Assembly (NCBI RefSeq): GCF_963967315.1
Contig: NZ_OZ017288.1
Location: forward strand, 390,001-422,000
DNA from: Candidatus Minimicrobia sp. QA0096
GTDB taxonomy: Bacteria > Patescibacteriota > Saccharimonadia > Saccharimonadales > Saccharimonadaceae
Length of the DNA: 32,000 nucleotides
Direction of reading: 5' to 3'
Below are positions 8,781 through 18,422 of this stretch, in pieces. The translations under genes were made by a program, and so were the position numbers. A model generated the notes under the pieces. The model saw nothing but the letters and a program-made list of their open reading frames with translations, made no database searches and was not told the DNA's origin. Positions within the stretch are counted from its first letter, which is position 1, and each line of letters begins with the position of its first letter.

Positions 8781-9268
8781 TTATCCTCCTCCAAATCAAA
8801 TTTTACCTGTGACCCAATCATAGCGCTCGCCTGCTTAGCAACTCCTGCCTTCACCTCCAACACGTACTTTGCAGGAACCGGTGGCGCATATTTTTCATGC
8901 GGCTCAGCGTCCGGCTTGACGTTATGTTTTACATAGACAACGCGCTTTTTATCATTGATCCAAATCATATCAACCGAAAACTTCATATCTTTCATCCACA
9001 TTTTATGACGATCGTTATGGTCAAATACGAACAGCATGGCATAATTTTCATCAATCCCCAGCCTTCCAGACAGACCTTTCCGCTGCGATTCTTCGTCATT
9101 AGCAATTTCCGCCTGAAGCATCGTCTTATTAAGGTAAATCATTTCCGTTTTTGGCGAAACCGTTCGAAAAGCATAAAAAATTGCCCCACCAATAACCATC
9201 AGCATACCGCATATAAATATCCATTTAATGACAGTCTGAGTTACTGTCGAGTGACGAGATTCGTCCAT
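8777..9268 (-). CDS. DUF192 domain-containing protein with N-terminal membrane anchor
   Basis: The MLFVFD..MWMKDMKFSVDMIWIN..VVYV..YVLEVKAG pattern matches DUF192 (COG1430). TGtTATAAT lies 6 nt upstream of the ATG. Confidence 0.72.
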   Translation of the reverse strand: MDESRHSTVTQTVIKWIFICGMLMVIGGAIFYAFRTVSPKTEMIYLNKTMLQAEIANDEESQRKGLSGRLGIDENYAMLFVFDHNDRHKMWMKDMKFSVDMIWINDKKRVVYVKHNVKPDAEPHEKYAPPVPAKYVLEVKAGVAKQASAMIGSQVKFDLEEDK

Positions 9269-9292
9269 AAACCTATTATAACAAGTTTATGC

Positions 9293-10210
9293 TTAAGCGC
9301 CGATTTTATCTTTTTTATTGCCACGCTTAGCATTTCGATCAATGTATTCGATTATCTTTCCAGCTACATTTCGGCGAGTAATTTTCTCAATTCCAAATCC
9401 CGGACTAGCATTAACCTCCAGCACCAAAGCTCCACGGCTTGATCTCATGAAGTCGACTCCAGCAACCGTTAATCCCATTGCCTTAGCAGCTTTCACGCAC
9501 ATTTTACGCTCAGAATCTGTCAATTTTATACTGGTTCCTTCGCCACCTTTGTGTAAATTACTACGAAAATCATCGTCCAAACTCTGACGCTTCATACTAG
9601 CCACCACTTGACTACCAACCACAAACGCACGAATATCGACACCAGCCGACTCTCTAATAAATTCCTGAAGCAGCACGTTCGTGCCGTCCGAGTTGGTCAA
9701 ATAGAACGCCTGCAGAACCGACTTGGCAGCCTTCTTAGTTTCCGCCAGAACCACACCATTTCCGTGTGTACCACGCGCCAACTTAATAATCGCCGGCATA
9801 CCGCCAATTTCTTCAATGAGTGAATCAATGTCAGTCGCGTTTCGAGAAAATACCGTCTTCGGAATCGACACTCCCGCTTTAACTAATAACTGAGTTGAGC
9901 GCAATTTATCCCGCGCCCTAGTAATTGCAATCGAGCGATTCATAAAAAACGCCTTCGGATGCATCATTTCTAATTGACGCAAAACCGCTGTTCCATACTT
10001 TGTCATATGGCTCGCGATTCGCGGAATTACTACGTCAAATTCACCAATTTCCTTACCCTTGTAAATAACCGTCGGATGCTTTTCGTCAATTGAAACGTAG
10101 CAGTTTTTATACTTAATAACCTTGACTTGATGACCGCGCTTTTCAGCCTCTTCTTTCAGGCGAAGCGTCGAATAATTAATGTTGCCGTTAGATAAGATTG
10201 CAATTCGCAT
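9293..10210 (-). CDS. rimK: RimK-family ATP-grasp alpha-L-glutamate ligase
   Basis: 305 aa, MRIAILS...YVSIDEKHPTVIYKG...IIKLARGTHGNGVVLAE..LLQEFI..DIRAFVVG..RSNLHKGG..AGVDFM....VLEVNASPG. This is the ATP-grasp layout of RimK. Confidence 0.87.
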   Translation of the reverse strand: MRIAILSNGNINYSTLRLKEEAEKRGHQVKVIKYKNCYVSIDEKHPTVIYKGKEIGEFDVVIPRIASHMTKYGTAVLRQLEMMHPKAFFMNRSIAITRARDKLRSTQLLVKAGVSIPKTVFSRNATDIDSLIEEIGGMPAIIKLARGTHGNGVVLAETKKAAKSVLQAFYLTNSDGTNVLLQEFIRESAGVDIRAFVVGSQVVASMKRQSLDDDFRSNLHKGGEGTSIKLTDSERKMCVKAAKAMGLTVAGVDFMRSSRGALVLEVNASPGFGIEKITRRNVAGKIIEYIDRNAKRGNKKDKIGA

Positions 10211-10716
10211 TATTTTTCTTCACCTTTCTGATGATATTTTTTATAAAATTCGTATGGATTCAATTTTATTTCTTCATTAAGACTAGCAGTTACGGACAGT
10301 TTTTTCCTGCGAACATTTTTTCTCGATACGTCCACTAGGAATTTTCCAGAAATCGACCGTCTTCCGATTAACACAGGGAATTCATTCTTCGATCGATCAG
10401 ACAAATTCATCAACATTTTAATTTTTCGCCCACTAATTTTTACCCAAAAATGTGTCCGATAACGAATCTGCTCATGCCCAGACGAACTACGCACCCTCGC
10501 CACCGAATAATCAGTTCTCTTAAATATCTTACCGTCATAATACGGCGAGCCTTCGCCAAACAGAGAAAATTTCAACACTCCATCTTTATCAATGTGAATA
10601 TTACTCGCCCAAACTGCACTGGAATCGGCGCCCGTATCAATTTTAGCTGGGATTTTTTGCGCTCGCTCGCCGAAGTTCACAAACTCAGTTGACCCAATAA
10701 TGGATTTTTCTTTCAT
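10210..10716 (-). CDS. RimB-like retropepsin-fold putative protease (PF05618 / COG4067, annotated as ATP-dependent zinc protease)
   Basis: PAKIDTGADSSAVWASNI carries the DTGA motif, and VLIGRRSISGKFLVD is the C-terminal motif. Its stop overlaps the rimK start (TAATG), which indicates translational coupling. Confidence 0.72.
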   Translation of the reverse strand: MKEKSIIGSTEFVNFGERAQKIPAKIDTGADSSAVWASNIHIDKDGVLKFSLFGEGSPYYDGKIFKRTDYSVARVRSSSGHEQIRYRTHFWVKISGRKIKMLMNLSDRSKNEFPVLIGRRSISGKFLVDVSRKNVRRKKLSVTASLNEEIKLNPYEFYKKYHQKGEEK

Positions 10717-10739
10717 ACGTCAATATTATGGCATAAAAA

Positions 10740-13700
10740 CTATCTTTTTGCAATATCTTGCCTTTTGCTTCTTTGAGCTCTCGCTACCACAATTGTCACC
10801 GCTACAATGATAGATATACCAGCCAAAATAGCTAATACATAAGTGTATCCCGACAATAGATATATCAGAGCTAATGTCACACATACAGCACCCCAGGTCG
10901 TAATCAGTCGTTTGTTAAGCGCCAGTCCCACAACAACCATCAATGAGTGCTCTATTAGGAATAATATTTCCATAACGCTATCTCCCGCGAACGCCAGGAT
11001 GAGAGTTGGCAGACTAAACACAGAGAGAGCCAGTACTAGATGTACTATCGTAGACTTATGAATATACCCCAACCAACGCCACGACAGCGCCGCCCCCGAA
11101 AGAATTGCCACTGACCACAAATATGGTATTGTGATAGCGTGAACGGGCAGGGATAGGTTTTTAACAGTAAATAAAACGCCGCACAAAATCAGGATCACAC
11201 CTGAATCAAAATATAAAATATTCTTTTTAGGAACACCTTCGAACATCAAGGCTATACCGTTAATTATCCACACTAGCGCCGCCAGAATCACTGACGCCAC
11301 AGCAGCGCTAACTGGTGTAGCAATAGACAATAAGACTACCGACCAGCCGATGGCGCTATAGAATGAAGAGTAATACCAACGACTCGATATCTTTCTGGTT
11401 CGCGCAGCAATAGCTAGACCGTAAAATACCGCAAAAACAATCAGGGCAACGACTGACATGAATTCGAGTGGAACAGTAAACCATTGAGCTATAAGGCAAA
11501 GTAACAACACTAGGCTCGGGTGTGCGGCTATTGTCATTATTCGCCAATCTCGTTTAGCAAGTACCGCCATATAAAGAGCTACTGTAGCTGCCAACCACCC
11601 CAATATCTTGCACGACAGATCATATGTTGCCGGTAGATTAATTATTGGAAGCGCTATCGCTGGAACTATAGCAGCACACAGCGTCATATCACCAATAATT
11701 GACGATTGTCTATTCATTAGCAACAGCCAGTACAAAGACCCAAAACCAACTAGACTCACCCATGTAGTAATTGCGAGATTGTCATTAAACGGTATATTCA
11801 ACCAATGCAGGGATAATGAAACAAAGATGATTGTCGTAAGATATGCCCCGCCCAAATAAACCTCTCTACGACATCGGTAAAATGCATAGTATAGCGACAC
11901 CACTAGCGGCAACCAAACTATCGGATGAATTGACGACAACACAACAACGATAGCTACGCCAATGATAGAATGCAATAATAACTCATGGTTTTTGATAACC
12001 GTGTTGTCATGACGATGATAAAGCCATTCTACTATTAATAGCGACGACACATTTATCCACGCCATTAAAATAGAGACGTTTTCACTAGACACCGCAAAAC
12101 CTAAAGCTAGCAAAAATACTGACAACATTAAAGAAGTATGGACTCCAACTACAAATTCATAAACTTTTTCGCGCCATACAACCACACTCATAATGCCAGC
12201 GCCGATAGCTATCGCGCCCGATAGGCACATCAGGGCTTCCTCTGTCGCATAAGTGGCTATTATCGCTGAAGTAAACATTGCCATTAATAGCCAAGTTGAC
12301 GCAGCGCCATACACTAAAGCAGCCTGACTTTTACTAATATTCGGACGCTTCAAAATTAGCAATCGGCAAATAACTGGCAGTGGCGTCATGAATAGAAAAA
12401 TTAGATACTGTACGCGTGGTGCCATAGCTATATCAATATTGAATAGTGTTATACCAATCGGCACCAATAGAATCCCAGATATCACAACCATAATACCGAA
12501 GCGGACACGACGTAACAAAAAAAGGATTGCAAGACTAATCGCTGAAATAACACCAATAAAGATAAAAGCAACCATCATTCGTAGCGAATCTCCAGAACCG
12601 ATCACGCCAAACAGAGCACTTAATGACACAACAAAACTAACCCACAATACTATTTCATGATGTCTATCGTACTGTTTCTGAATGTACATTGATATAGCGG
12701 ACCAGATTATATTTCCAAGTGCCACTAACCCTAGAATCACGCTTACAACCAACTGATTATCATCAGATAAATACATTGCGAAACTAGTAGCCATCACCAT
12801 TAACAATAAGCGAGCTGTTGTCAATTCATAAGTACGCATCTTTTTAGACTTCTCAACAAGAGCAACCGTAAAGTAATATGCAACGCTAGCAAATAACAGT
12901 ACACTAATATCTAATGCACCCATATATGCCGACGAGCTAAGCGCGATAAACATCGTCATCGGCACGATAAACGGATTTACAACGTTTAACGGTTCGACGA
13001 ACTGACGAGGAAAGCGACTAGAAAAATATGCAGCCACAGTCATCAAACATCCAAATAGCAGCATTACAACGTAATACCAGACCAGCTGCGCATGCACAAC
13101 AGCCGGCAAACTAGTCGTCATCGTAAACATTGATAGTAGTGATACATAAGCAAGAGGTCTACTATTCAATCTCACTGTAGCATCAACACACAAAACAGCA
13201 CCAATTACAGAGGTAATAAGCCAGCACCATGCGGGGTCAATACCTAAAAGTAAATTCATAGTCCAGCCGCCAATTGGTACAGCTGCCAAGGCGGTGCCAA
13301 TAAGTGCCGTCGACGCAGATTTCAATATTGGCAAGCGAGCATACAATATCTGACCAATAATATAATAAATAAAAATAAACAACCACACCAACCCAAACCT
13401 GAGCTGTGCCGAAAGCTCAATCGTTTGCGCCAACAACAATATGCCAGCGGTCAATAATAATGACGCAGTATATAGCGCTACATTGATGGTAGTTTGACGA
13501 TTTTTCTCTTTCTCTTTATTGCCAACTAACGGTACCTGCTCAGAGATTTGCACCTCTTTAGCGGGAATATTCACATTTTCTTCAATCGGTACAGCATCAG
13601 TAGGTGGCGCAACGTCAGGCTCTTGCTCTTCGCTACTAATTAGCACAAGGTCACTAAACTGCGGAACTGCCTTTTGATTCTCGGTAATAAGCCTCACTTG

Positions 13701-13871
13701 ACCGTTGTCATTCTCAATTTTGGCGCGACCAGCCTGTGCATCACGCACGCCATCCCAATATCCCTGCCGATAATCTTCGGAATAATTAGACGGCTGGCTA
13801 TCACCCCTCTGTAATAATTTTATTAGCTTAATTACTACAATAATAACTATTATCAGAAAAATTAATCCCAT
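10740..13871 (-). CDS. Very large polytopic membrane protein of unknown function (1043 aa)
   Basis: Single uninterrupted ORF with a GAGGGA SD. It has an N-terminal TM, an acidic ~110-aa linker, then hydrophobic helices nearly continuously to the C-terminus. No catalytic motif recognised. Confidence 0.75.
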   Translation of the reverse strand: MGLIFLIIVIIVVIKLIKLLQRGDSQPSNYSEDYRQGYWDGVRDAQAGRAKIENDNGQVRLITENQKAVPQFSDLVLISSEEQEPDVAPPTDAVPIEENVNIPAKEVQISEQVPLVGNKEKEKNRQTTINVALYTASLLLTAGILLLAQTIELSAQLRFGLVWLFIFIYYIIGQILYARLPILKSASTALIGTALAAVPIGGWTMNLLLGIDPAWCWLITSVIGAVLCVDATVRLNSRPLAYVSLLSMFTMTTSLPAVVHAQLVWYYVVMLLFGCLMTVAAYFSSRFPRQFVEPLNVVNPFIVPMTMFIALSSSAYMGALDISVLLFASVAYYFTVALVEKSKKMRTYELTTARLLLMVMATSFAMYLSDDNQLVVSVILGLVALGNIIWSAISMYIQKQYDRHHEIVLWVSFVVSLSALFGVIGSGDSLRMMVAFIFIGVISAISLAILFLLRRVRFGIMVVISGILLVPIGITLFNIDIAMAPRVQYLIFLFMTPLPVICRLLILKRPNISKSQAALVYGAASTWLLMAMFTSAIIATYATEEALMCLSGAIAIGAGIMSVVVWREKVYEFVVGVHTSLMLSVFLLALGFAVSSENVSILMAWINVSSLLIVEWLYHRHDNTVIKNHELLLHSIIGVAIVVVLSSIHPIVWLPLVVSLYYAFYRCRREVYLGGAYLTTIIFVSLSLHWLNIPFNDNLAITTWVSLVGFGSLYWLLLMNRQSSIIGDMTLCAAIVPAIALPIINLPATYDLSCKILGWLAATVALYMAVLAKRDWRIMTIAAHPSLVLLLCLIAQWFTVPLEFMSVVALIVFAVFYGLAIAARTRKISSRWYYSSFYSAIGWSVVLLSIATPVSAAVASVILAALVWIINGIALMFEGVPKKNILYFDSGVILILCGVLFTVKNLSLPVHAITIPYLWSVAILSGAALSWRWLGYIHKSTIVHLVLALSVFSLPTLILAFAGDSVMEILFLIEHSLMVVVGLALNKRLITTWGAVCVTLALIYLLSGYTYVLAILAGISIIVAVTIVVARAQRSKRQDIAKR

Positions 13872-13931
13872 GCCTTCAATCCCTCTTATGTTAGCTTCAG
13901 TATAGCACAGGATTTTTTCTCGACAAATATA

Positions 13932-15041
13932 CTAGGAAAACAATCCTCGTTTTTTCGTACCCTTAAATTGCTCCAAAAGCTCCTTCTGCTTTTTGGTCAA
14001 TTTGGTTGGCGTATCAACAATAACACCCACAATATGCGGACCACGGGATTCACTATGTAGGTGCGGCACGCCATGACCTGACAACTTAAAGTCGGTGCCG
14101 CTCTGAGTGCCTGCTGGGATTTTCATCGTTATTACGCCATCCACAGTCTCCACATCAATCTCCGTTCCCAGTGCCGCATCAACCATAGAAATATGCTCTT
14201 CGCTAAGAATAATATTGCCTTCACGAGTGAATTTTTTATGCGCCTTAACGCGAATGTGGACATACAAATCACCTCTACTACCACCAGCAACTGCTTCTCC
14301 ACGATCGCGCAGACGAATTGTCGCGCCATCATCAATTCCTGCCGGAATTTTAATAGTGATATCCTGATTCTGTCGGGTCGTGCCTTTTCCTCGACAAACT
14401 GAACATTCTTTTTCAGGAACTTTTCCCTTACCGTGACAAGTTTCACAAACAACCGCCTGCTGAATTTGCCCAAACAGCGAATTCATCGTTCGAGTTTGCT
14501 GACCCGCTCCCTTACAAGTTGGGCACGTTTTCATTCCAAACCCTGGCTCGGCGCCATCGCCATGACAATGCTCACATTCAACATCCAGCATTAAACTAAT
14601 TCTCTTTTCTACACCAAATACCGCGTCCTCAAAACTCAATGTTACACTAGTTTCAACATCACGCCCACGCGAACGACCATTTCCAGCGCCACCAGCCGCA
14701 TCACCGAAGAATTGGCTAAAAATATCACCTAGTCCACCGTCACCAAAATCAAAGTGAACGTTTTGACCGCCGAATCCACCAAATCCTTCAAACGGATTAC
14801 CGGAAAAACCGCCGCCAGAAGAACCACCCACACCAGCATGACCAAATTGATCATAACGCTGTCGCTTCTGCTTGTCTTTCAGAACCTCATAAGCCTCATT
14901 GATTTCCTTAAATTTAGCCTCGTCACCACCCTGTTTATCGGGATGGTATTTAATTGCTAATTTACGAAAAGCCTTTTTTATCTCATCTTCAGAAGCGGTC
15001 TTTGGAACGCCCAATATTTCATAATAATCACGCTTACTCAT
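13932..15041 (-). CDS. dnaJ: Molecular chaperone DnaJ
   Basis: J domain ([13 protein letters not shown]), G/F-rich region, and four CxxCxGxG zinc-finger repeats ([32 protein letters not shown]). Confidence 0.97.
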   Translation of the reverse strand: MSKRDYYEILGVPKTASEDEIKKAFRKLAIKYHPDKQGGDEAKFKEINEAYEVLKDKQKRQRYDQFGHAGVGGSSGGGFSGNPFEGFGGFGGQNVHFDFGDGGLGDIFSQFFGDAAGGAGNGRSRGRDVETSVTLSFEDAVFGVEKRISLMLDVECEHCHGDGAEPGFGMKTCPTCKGAGQQTRTMNSLFGQIQQAVVCETCHGKGKVPEKECSVCRGKGTTRQNQDITIKIPAGIDDGATIRLRDRGEAVAGGSRGDLYVHIRVKAHKKFTREGNIILSEEHISMVDAALGTEIDVETVDGVITMKIPAGTQSGTDFKLSGHGVPHLHSESRGPHIVGVIVDTPTKLTKKQKELLEQFKGTKKRGLFS

Positions 15042-15050
15042 ACCTTATAT

Positions 15051-15088
15051 ATTATACGCGTTTAGCACTCTCAGTGCAAGAGTGCTAA
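15051..15088 (-). promoter_or_regulatory. dnaJ promoter with overlapping CIRCE operator (HrcA binding site)
   Basis: Perfect CIRCE TTAGCACTC-N9-GAGTGCTAA at 15062-15088. On the minus strand its spacer contains TTGCAC (15074-15079), followed by 17 nt and then TATAAT (15051-15056), 9 nt before the dnaJ ATG. Confidence 0.85.
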
Positions 15089-15090
15089 GT

Positions 15091-15126
15091 CCAAAAAAGG
15101 CCACTCTTTTTATCGAGCAGCCTTCT
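15091..15126 (-). terminator. Possible rho-independent terminator after dnaK
   Basis: Minus strand has an interrupted stem, AAGGC..CTC-loop-GAGTGGCCTT, followed by TTTTTGG. The stem is imperfect. Confidence 0.4.
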
Positions 15127-15143
15127 TTGTAAAGACGTTAAGT

Positions 15144-17033
15144 TTATTTTTCGTCGACAATTTCGCCTTCGACCGGCTCATCTTTATCAGACTTTTTGTC
15201 GCCAGCTTCGTCAGCTTTTTTATCGTCGGCTGATTGTTGATACATCTTAGCCCCAATTGGCATAATCGCATCATTCAAGGCTTTAATTGCAGCGTCCAAT
15301 TCGTCCTTATCTTCAGAATCTTTGTGCTTTTCAGCCTCTTCGACAGCCTTTTCAATCGCTTGCTTGTCGTCGTCAGAAATCTTATCTTTGAATTCGTCCG
15401 GCATTTTCTTTGCCTGATAAATAGCGTTTTCAAGCTGATTCTTCGTATCGACAGTTTCGCGTTTTTTCTTATCTTCGTCCGCGTGAAGTTCGGCTTCTTT
15501 TTGCGCCTTCTCAATATCTTCCTTGCTCATATTGCCAGAGTTTTGAATAGTGATTGATTGCTCTTTGCCTGTTCCCTTGTCTTTAGCCGTAACATTAAGA
15601 ATACCGTTGGCGTCAATGTTAAAGGTCACTTCAATTTGAGGCACACCGCGCGGTGCTGGCGCAATACCGTCAAGCACAAAACGACCCAAACTTTTATTAT
15701 CATTGGCAAATTCGCGCTCACCCTGAAGAACGTGAATTTCCACCTGAGGCTGGTTATCCGCAGCCGTCGAGAAAACTTCACTCTTGCTTGTTGGAATCGT
15801 CGTATTTCGGTCAATCAACTTCGTCGATACGCCGCCCATCGTCTCAATTCCAAGAGAAAGCGGAGTCACATCCAGAAGCAACACATCCTTAACATCACCA
15901 GCCAAGACACCACCTTGAATTGCGGCACCAACAGCCACAACCTCATCTGGGTTCACGCCTTGCATTGGATCTTTTCCAAAGAAATTCTTTACGCGCTCGA
16001 CCACAGCTGGCATACGAGTCATTCCACCAACCATAACTACATTGTTAATATCGGACTTAGAAAGCTTGGCGTCCTTCAAAGCCTTTTCTACTGGACCATC
16101 CAAGCGATCCAATAAATCCTTAACCAAATCTTCCAACTTGGCACGACTCAAGCTCATCTCAAAGTGCTTTGGACCGTCAGCATCGGCGGTAATAAATGGA
16201 ATGTTGACTTCATATTCCGTAACCGTCGACAATTCTTTCTTTGCCTTTTCAGCCTCATCCTTCAGGCGTTGCATCGCTGCATTATCTTTACGAAGATCAA
16301 TTCCTTCCTTCGACTTGAAGTCGTCCAAGAAGTAATTGACAATAGCGTTGTCGAAATCCTCACCGCCAAGGTGTGTGTCGCCATTAGTTGCTTTAACCTC
16401 AAATACACCGTCGCCTAGCTCCAGCACCGACACGTCAAACGTACCGCCACCAAGGTCGAATACTACGATAGTTTCGTCGTTTTTACCCTTTTCTAGGCCG
16501 TACGCCAAAGCTGCAGCTGTTGGTTCGTTGATAATACGCTTAACTTCCAATCCAGCAATTTTACCAGCATCCTTAGTCGCTTGGCGCTGTGAATCGTCAA
16601 AGTACGCTGGCACCGTAATCACCGCTTCCGTTACTTTTTCACCCAAGAAAGCCTCGGCGTCAGCCTTGATTTTACTAAGAATCATTGCTGAAACTTCTTC
16701 TGGCGTGTATTCCTTATCGCCCATTTCGACTGCCACACCAGTACCTTTTTTAACAATCTTGTACGGCATGATATCCAAGTCTTTTTGCACTTCCTTATCG
16801 TCAAACTTACGACCAATCAAACGCTTAACGCCGTAAATCGTGTTTTTTGGGTTTGTTACACGCTGACGCTGAGCAACTTGACCGACAAGTCGTTCGCCCT
16901 TTTTATTGACCGCAACTACAGACGGTGTAGTACGATTGCCTTCAGCATTAGAAATAACCTCTGGTTTTCCAGCTAACATATACGCAAATGCGCTGTTGGT
17001 TGTACCAAGGTCAATACCAATAATTTTACCCAT
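15144..17033 (-). CDS. dnaK: Molecular chaperone DnaK (Hsp70)
   Basis: 629 aa with [17 protein letters not shown] and VGGMTRMP signatures. AAAGGGG SD upstream. Confidence 0.98.
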   Translation of the reverse strand: MGKIIGIDLGTTNSAFAYMLAGKPEVISNAEGNRTTPSVVAVNKKGERLVGQVAQRQRVTNPKNTIYGVKRLIGRKFDDKEVQKDLDIMPYKIVKKGTGVAVEMGDKEYTPEEVSAMILSKIKADAEAFLGEKVTEAVITVPAYFDDSQRQATKDAGKIAGLEVKRIINEPTAAALAYGLEKGKNDETIVVFDLGGGTFDVSVLELGDGVFEVKATNGDTHLGGEDFDNAIVNYFLDDFKSKEGIDLRKDNAAMQRLKDEAEKAKKELSTVTEYEVNIPFITADADGPKHFEMSLSRAKLEDLVKDLLDRLDGPVEKALKDAKLSKSDINNVVMVGGMTRMPAVVERVKNFFGKDPMQGVNPDEVVAVGAAIQGGVLAGDVKDVLLLDVTPLSLGIETMGGVSTKLIDRNTTIPTSKSEVFSTAADNQPQVEIHVLQGEREFANDNKSLGRFVLDGIAPAPRGVPQIEVTFNIDANGILNVTAKDKGTGKEQSITIQNSGNMSKEDIEKAQKEAELHADEDKKKRETVDTKNQLENAIYQAKKMPDEFKDKISDDDKQAIEKAVEEAEKHKDSEDKDELDAAIKALNDAIMPIGAKMYQQSADDKKADEAGDKKSDKDEPVEGEIVDEK

Positions 17034-17084
17034 ATGATTCCCCTTTCTGCTATGATCACATCTGGTCTATATCTTATATTCATT

Positions 17085-17111
17085 CTAGCACTCTTTCGTG
17101 GCGAGTGCCAA
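17085..17111. promoter_or_regulatory. Second (promoter-proximal, degenerate) CIRCE element in the dnaK leader
   Basis: CTAGCACTC-N9-GAGTGCCAA has one mismatch in each arm versus consensus. It begins 7 nt downstream of the dnaK -10 box, so it lies at or after the predicted transcription start. Confidence 0.75.
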
Positions 17112-17118
17112 CTATCTC

Positions 17119-17147
17119 AGTATAAATAATTAGCACTCTCATGTCAA
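17119..17147 (-). promoter_or_regulatory. dnaK sigma-70-type promoter (TTGACA-N17-TATACT)
   Basis: Minus strand has TTGACA (17142-17147, inside the CIRCE spacer), a 17-nt spacer, and TATACT (17119-17124). Confidence 0.72.
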
Positions 17148-17156
17148 GAGTGCTAA
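17130..17156. promoter_or_regulatory. CIRCE operator (consensus) overlapping the dnaK -35 box
   Basis: Perfect TTAGCACTC-N9-GAGTGCTAA inverted repeat. Confidence 0.9.
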
Positions 17157-17178
17157 TCGCTATTTTTTCGCAATCACA

Positions 17179-17643
17179 TTACTTACGAGCAACTTTTACC
17201 ATTGCGTCGCGAATAACTGAGCCGTTCAAAGTATAACCAGCGCGAAGCTCCTCGACAATAACTTCCTTATCGCCATCCGTCGATTCGTCAAATTGAACAG
17301 CCTGATGAAATTCAGGATTAAATAGAGTGCCAGGTTTGGCGTCAATTTTCTCCAAACCAATCTCCTTCAATTGCTTGTCAAGTTGCTTGCTCAGACCAGC
17401 CACGCCCTTAACCCACGCATTATCTTGAATCTCCTCTGGGACGTTGGCAACAGCCCGCTCAATCGTATCAACAACTGGCAATAATTTCATCACCGACTTA
17501 GTTTGACCCAACTCGTGCGCTGATTGCTTTTCTGCATCCACGCGCTTACGATAATTCTCAAAATCCGCTCGAGTTCGCTGCAGATCCGACGTCAGCTCAG
17601 CAATTTCTTTCTCTAAATCTTCAGCTTTTTTATTCTTCGTCAT
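17179..17643 (-). CDS. grpE: Nucleotide exchange factor GrpE
   Basis: 154 aa with the RTRADFENYRKR motif and C-terminal beta domain. AAGGAGG SD upstream. Confidence 0.93.
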   Translation of the reverse strand: MTKNKKAEDLEKEIAELTSDLQRTRADFENYRKRVDAEKQSAHELGQTKSVMKLLPVVDTIERAVANVPEEIQDNAWVKGVAGLSKQLDKQLKEIGLEKIDAKPGTLFNPEFHQAVQFDESTDGDKEVIVEELRAGYTLNGSVIRDAMVKVARK

Positions 17644-17661
17644 TTTTCCTCCTTTTAGCCA

Positions 17662-18372
17662 CTACAAGACTTCTTCCAGCATCGCGCCCGTACGACGCAC
17701 CAGCTCCATCGTTCGACGATAATTTTGTCGCGTCGGACCAATCACACCGATGTAATTATCGCCACCAGACGATGACTTAAATTTACTTATAATCAACGTA
17801 GCTCCACTACTTTTACCAATTGGGTTTTCGCTACCAATAAACACATTTAGCGGTTCGTCCGGTGCCGCTTCGCGCAGCCACGGTTCGATATTGTCAATCA
17901 ATTTAGCAACCGCCTGAACGTGATCGCCATCACCAAACTCTGGTTGACTAAAGAGCTGAGTCATTCCGTTCATATATAAACTCGAACCAAACGACGCAAA
18001 ACCAAAATTGCCAGTCATTTCCACCAAACCATCAACTGCTCGACGAATCGCTTTGTCTGAAGTATCAACATTTGAATTGACGTGCGCCTCAATTGCCTTC
18101 GTGCTGCTATCAATACCGCTCGGCAATTCCGTCATTTGCGCCGCCGTGATTCCATTGACATAAAAACGATATCCCTTATCTGTCGGAATTCGACCTGCGC
18201 TCGTGTGAGGCGCCTCAATAAATCCCATCTCCTCAAGTTTTGCCATTTCACTGCGAATCGTGGCGCTACTCACACCAAACAGTTTGGCTAGCGTTACACT
18301 ACCAACTGGCGCCGCAATTTCAGCGTACTGTTCGATAATAGCGACAAGGATTGCTTGTTGACGTTCGGTCAT
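17662..18372 (-). CDS. hrcA: Heat-inducible transcriptional repressor HrcA (short form, 236 aa)
   Basis: [65 protein letters not shown] is a winged [21 protein letters not shown] is the HrcA C-terminal signature. Start set at 18372 because TATAAT (18379-18384) lies 6 nt upstream. Confidence 0.9.
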   Translation of the reverse strand: MTERQQAILVAIIEQYAEIAAPVGSVTLAKLFGVSSATIRSEMAKLEEMGFIEAPHTSAGRIPTDKGYRFYVNGITAAQMTELPSGIDSSTKAIEAHVNSNVDTSDKAIRRAVDGLVEMTGNFGFASFGSSLYMNGMTQLFSQPEFGDGDHVQAVAKLIDNIEPWLREAAPDEPLNVFIGSENPIGKSSGATLIISKFKSSSGGDNYIGVIGPTRQNYRRTMELVRRTGAMLEEVL

Positions 18373-18392
18373 AGTCCAATTATATCGCAAAT

Positions 18393-18419
18393 CTAGCACT
18401 CATACAAGCAGAGTGCCAA
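18393..18419. promoter_or_regulatory. CIRCE operator upstream of hrcA-grpE
   Basis: CTAGCACTC-N9-GAGTGCCAA inverted repeat, located 8 nt upstream of the hrcA -10 box. Confidence 0.8.
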
Positions 18420-18422
18420 GCC

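Noticed and set aside
8512-8799. 95-aa minus-strand ORF overlapping the 8301-8780 membrane protein in another frame
   Set aside because: It is an alternative frame of the same region with non-protein-like composition. The 159-aa hydrophobic frame is coupled to the upstream gene and is preferred.
14132-14473. 113-aa minus-strand ORF inside dnaJ in a different frame
   Set aside because: It is fully nested in the dnaJ zinc-finger/C-terminal region and has no independent signals.
15234-16976. Several long plus-strand ORFs (e.g. 15558-16115, 16336-16836, 16042-16335) antisense to dnaK
   Set aside because: They lie entirely within the unambiguous dnaK coding region, have low-complexity or odd composition and no start signals. 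They are typical shadow ORFs of a highly expressed gene.
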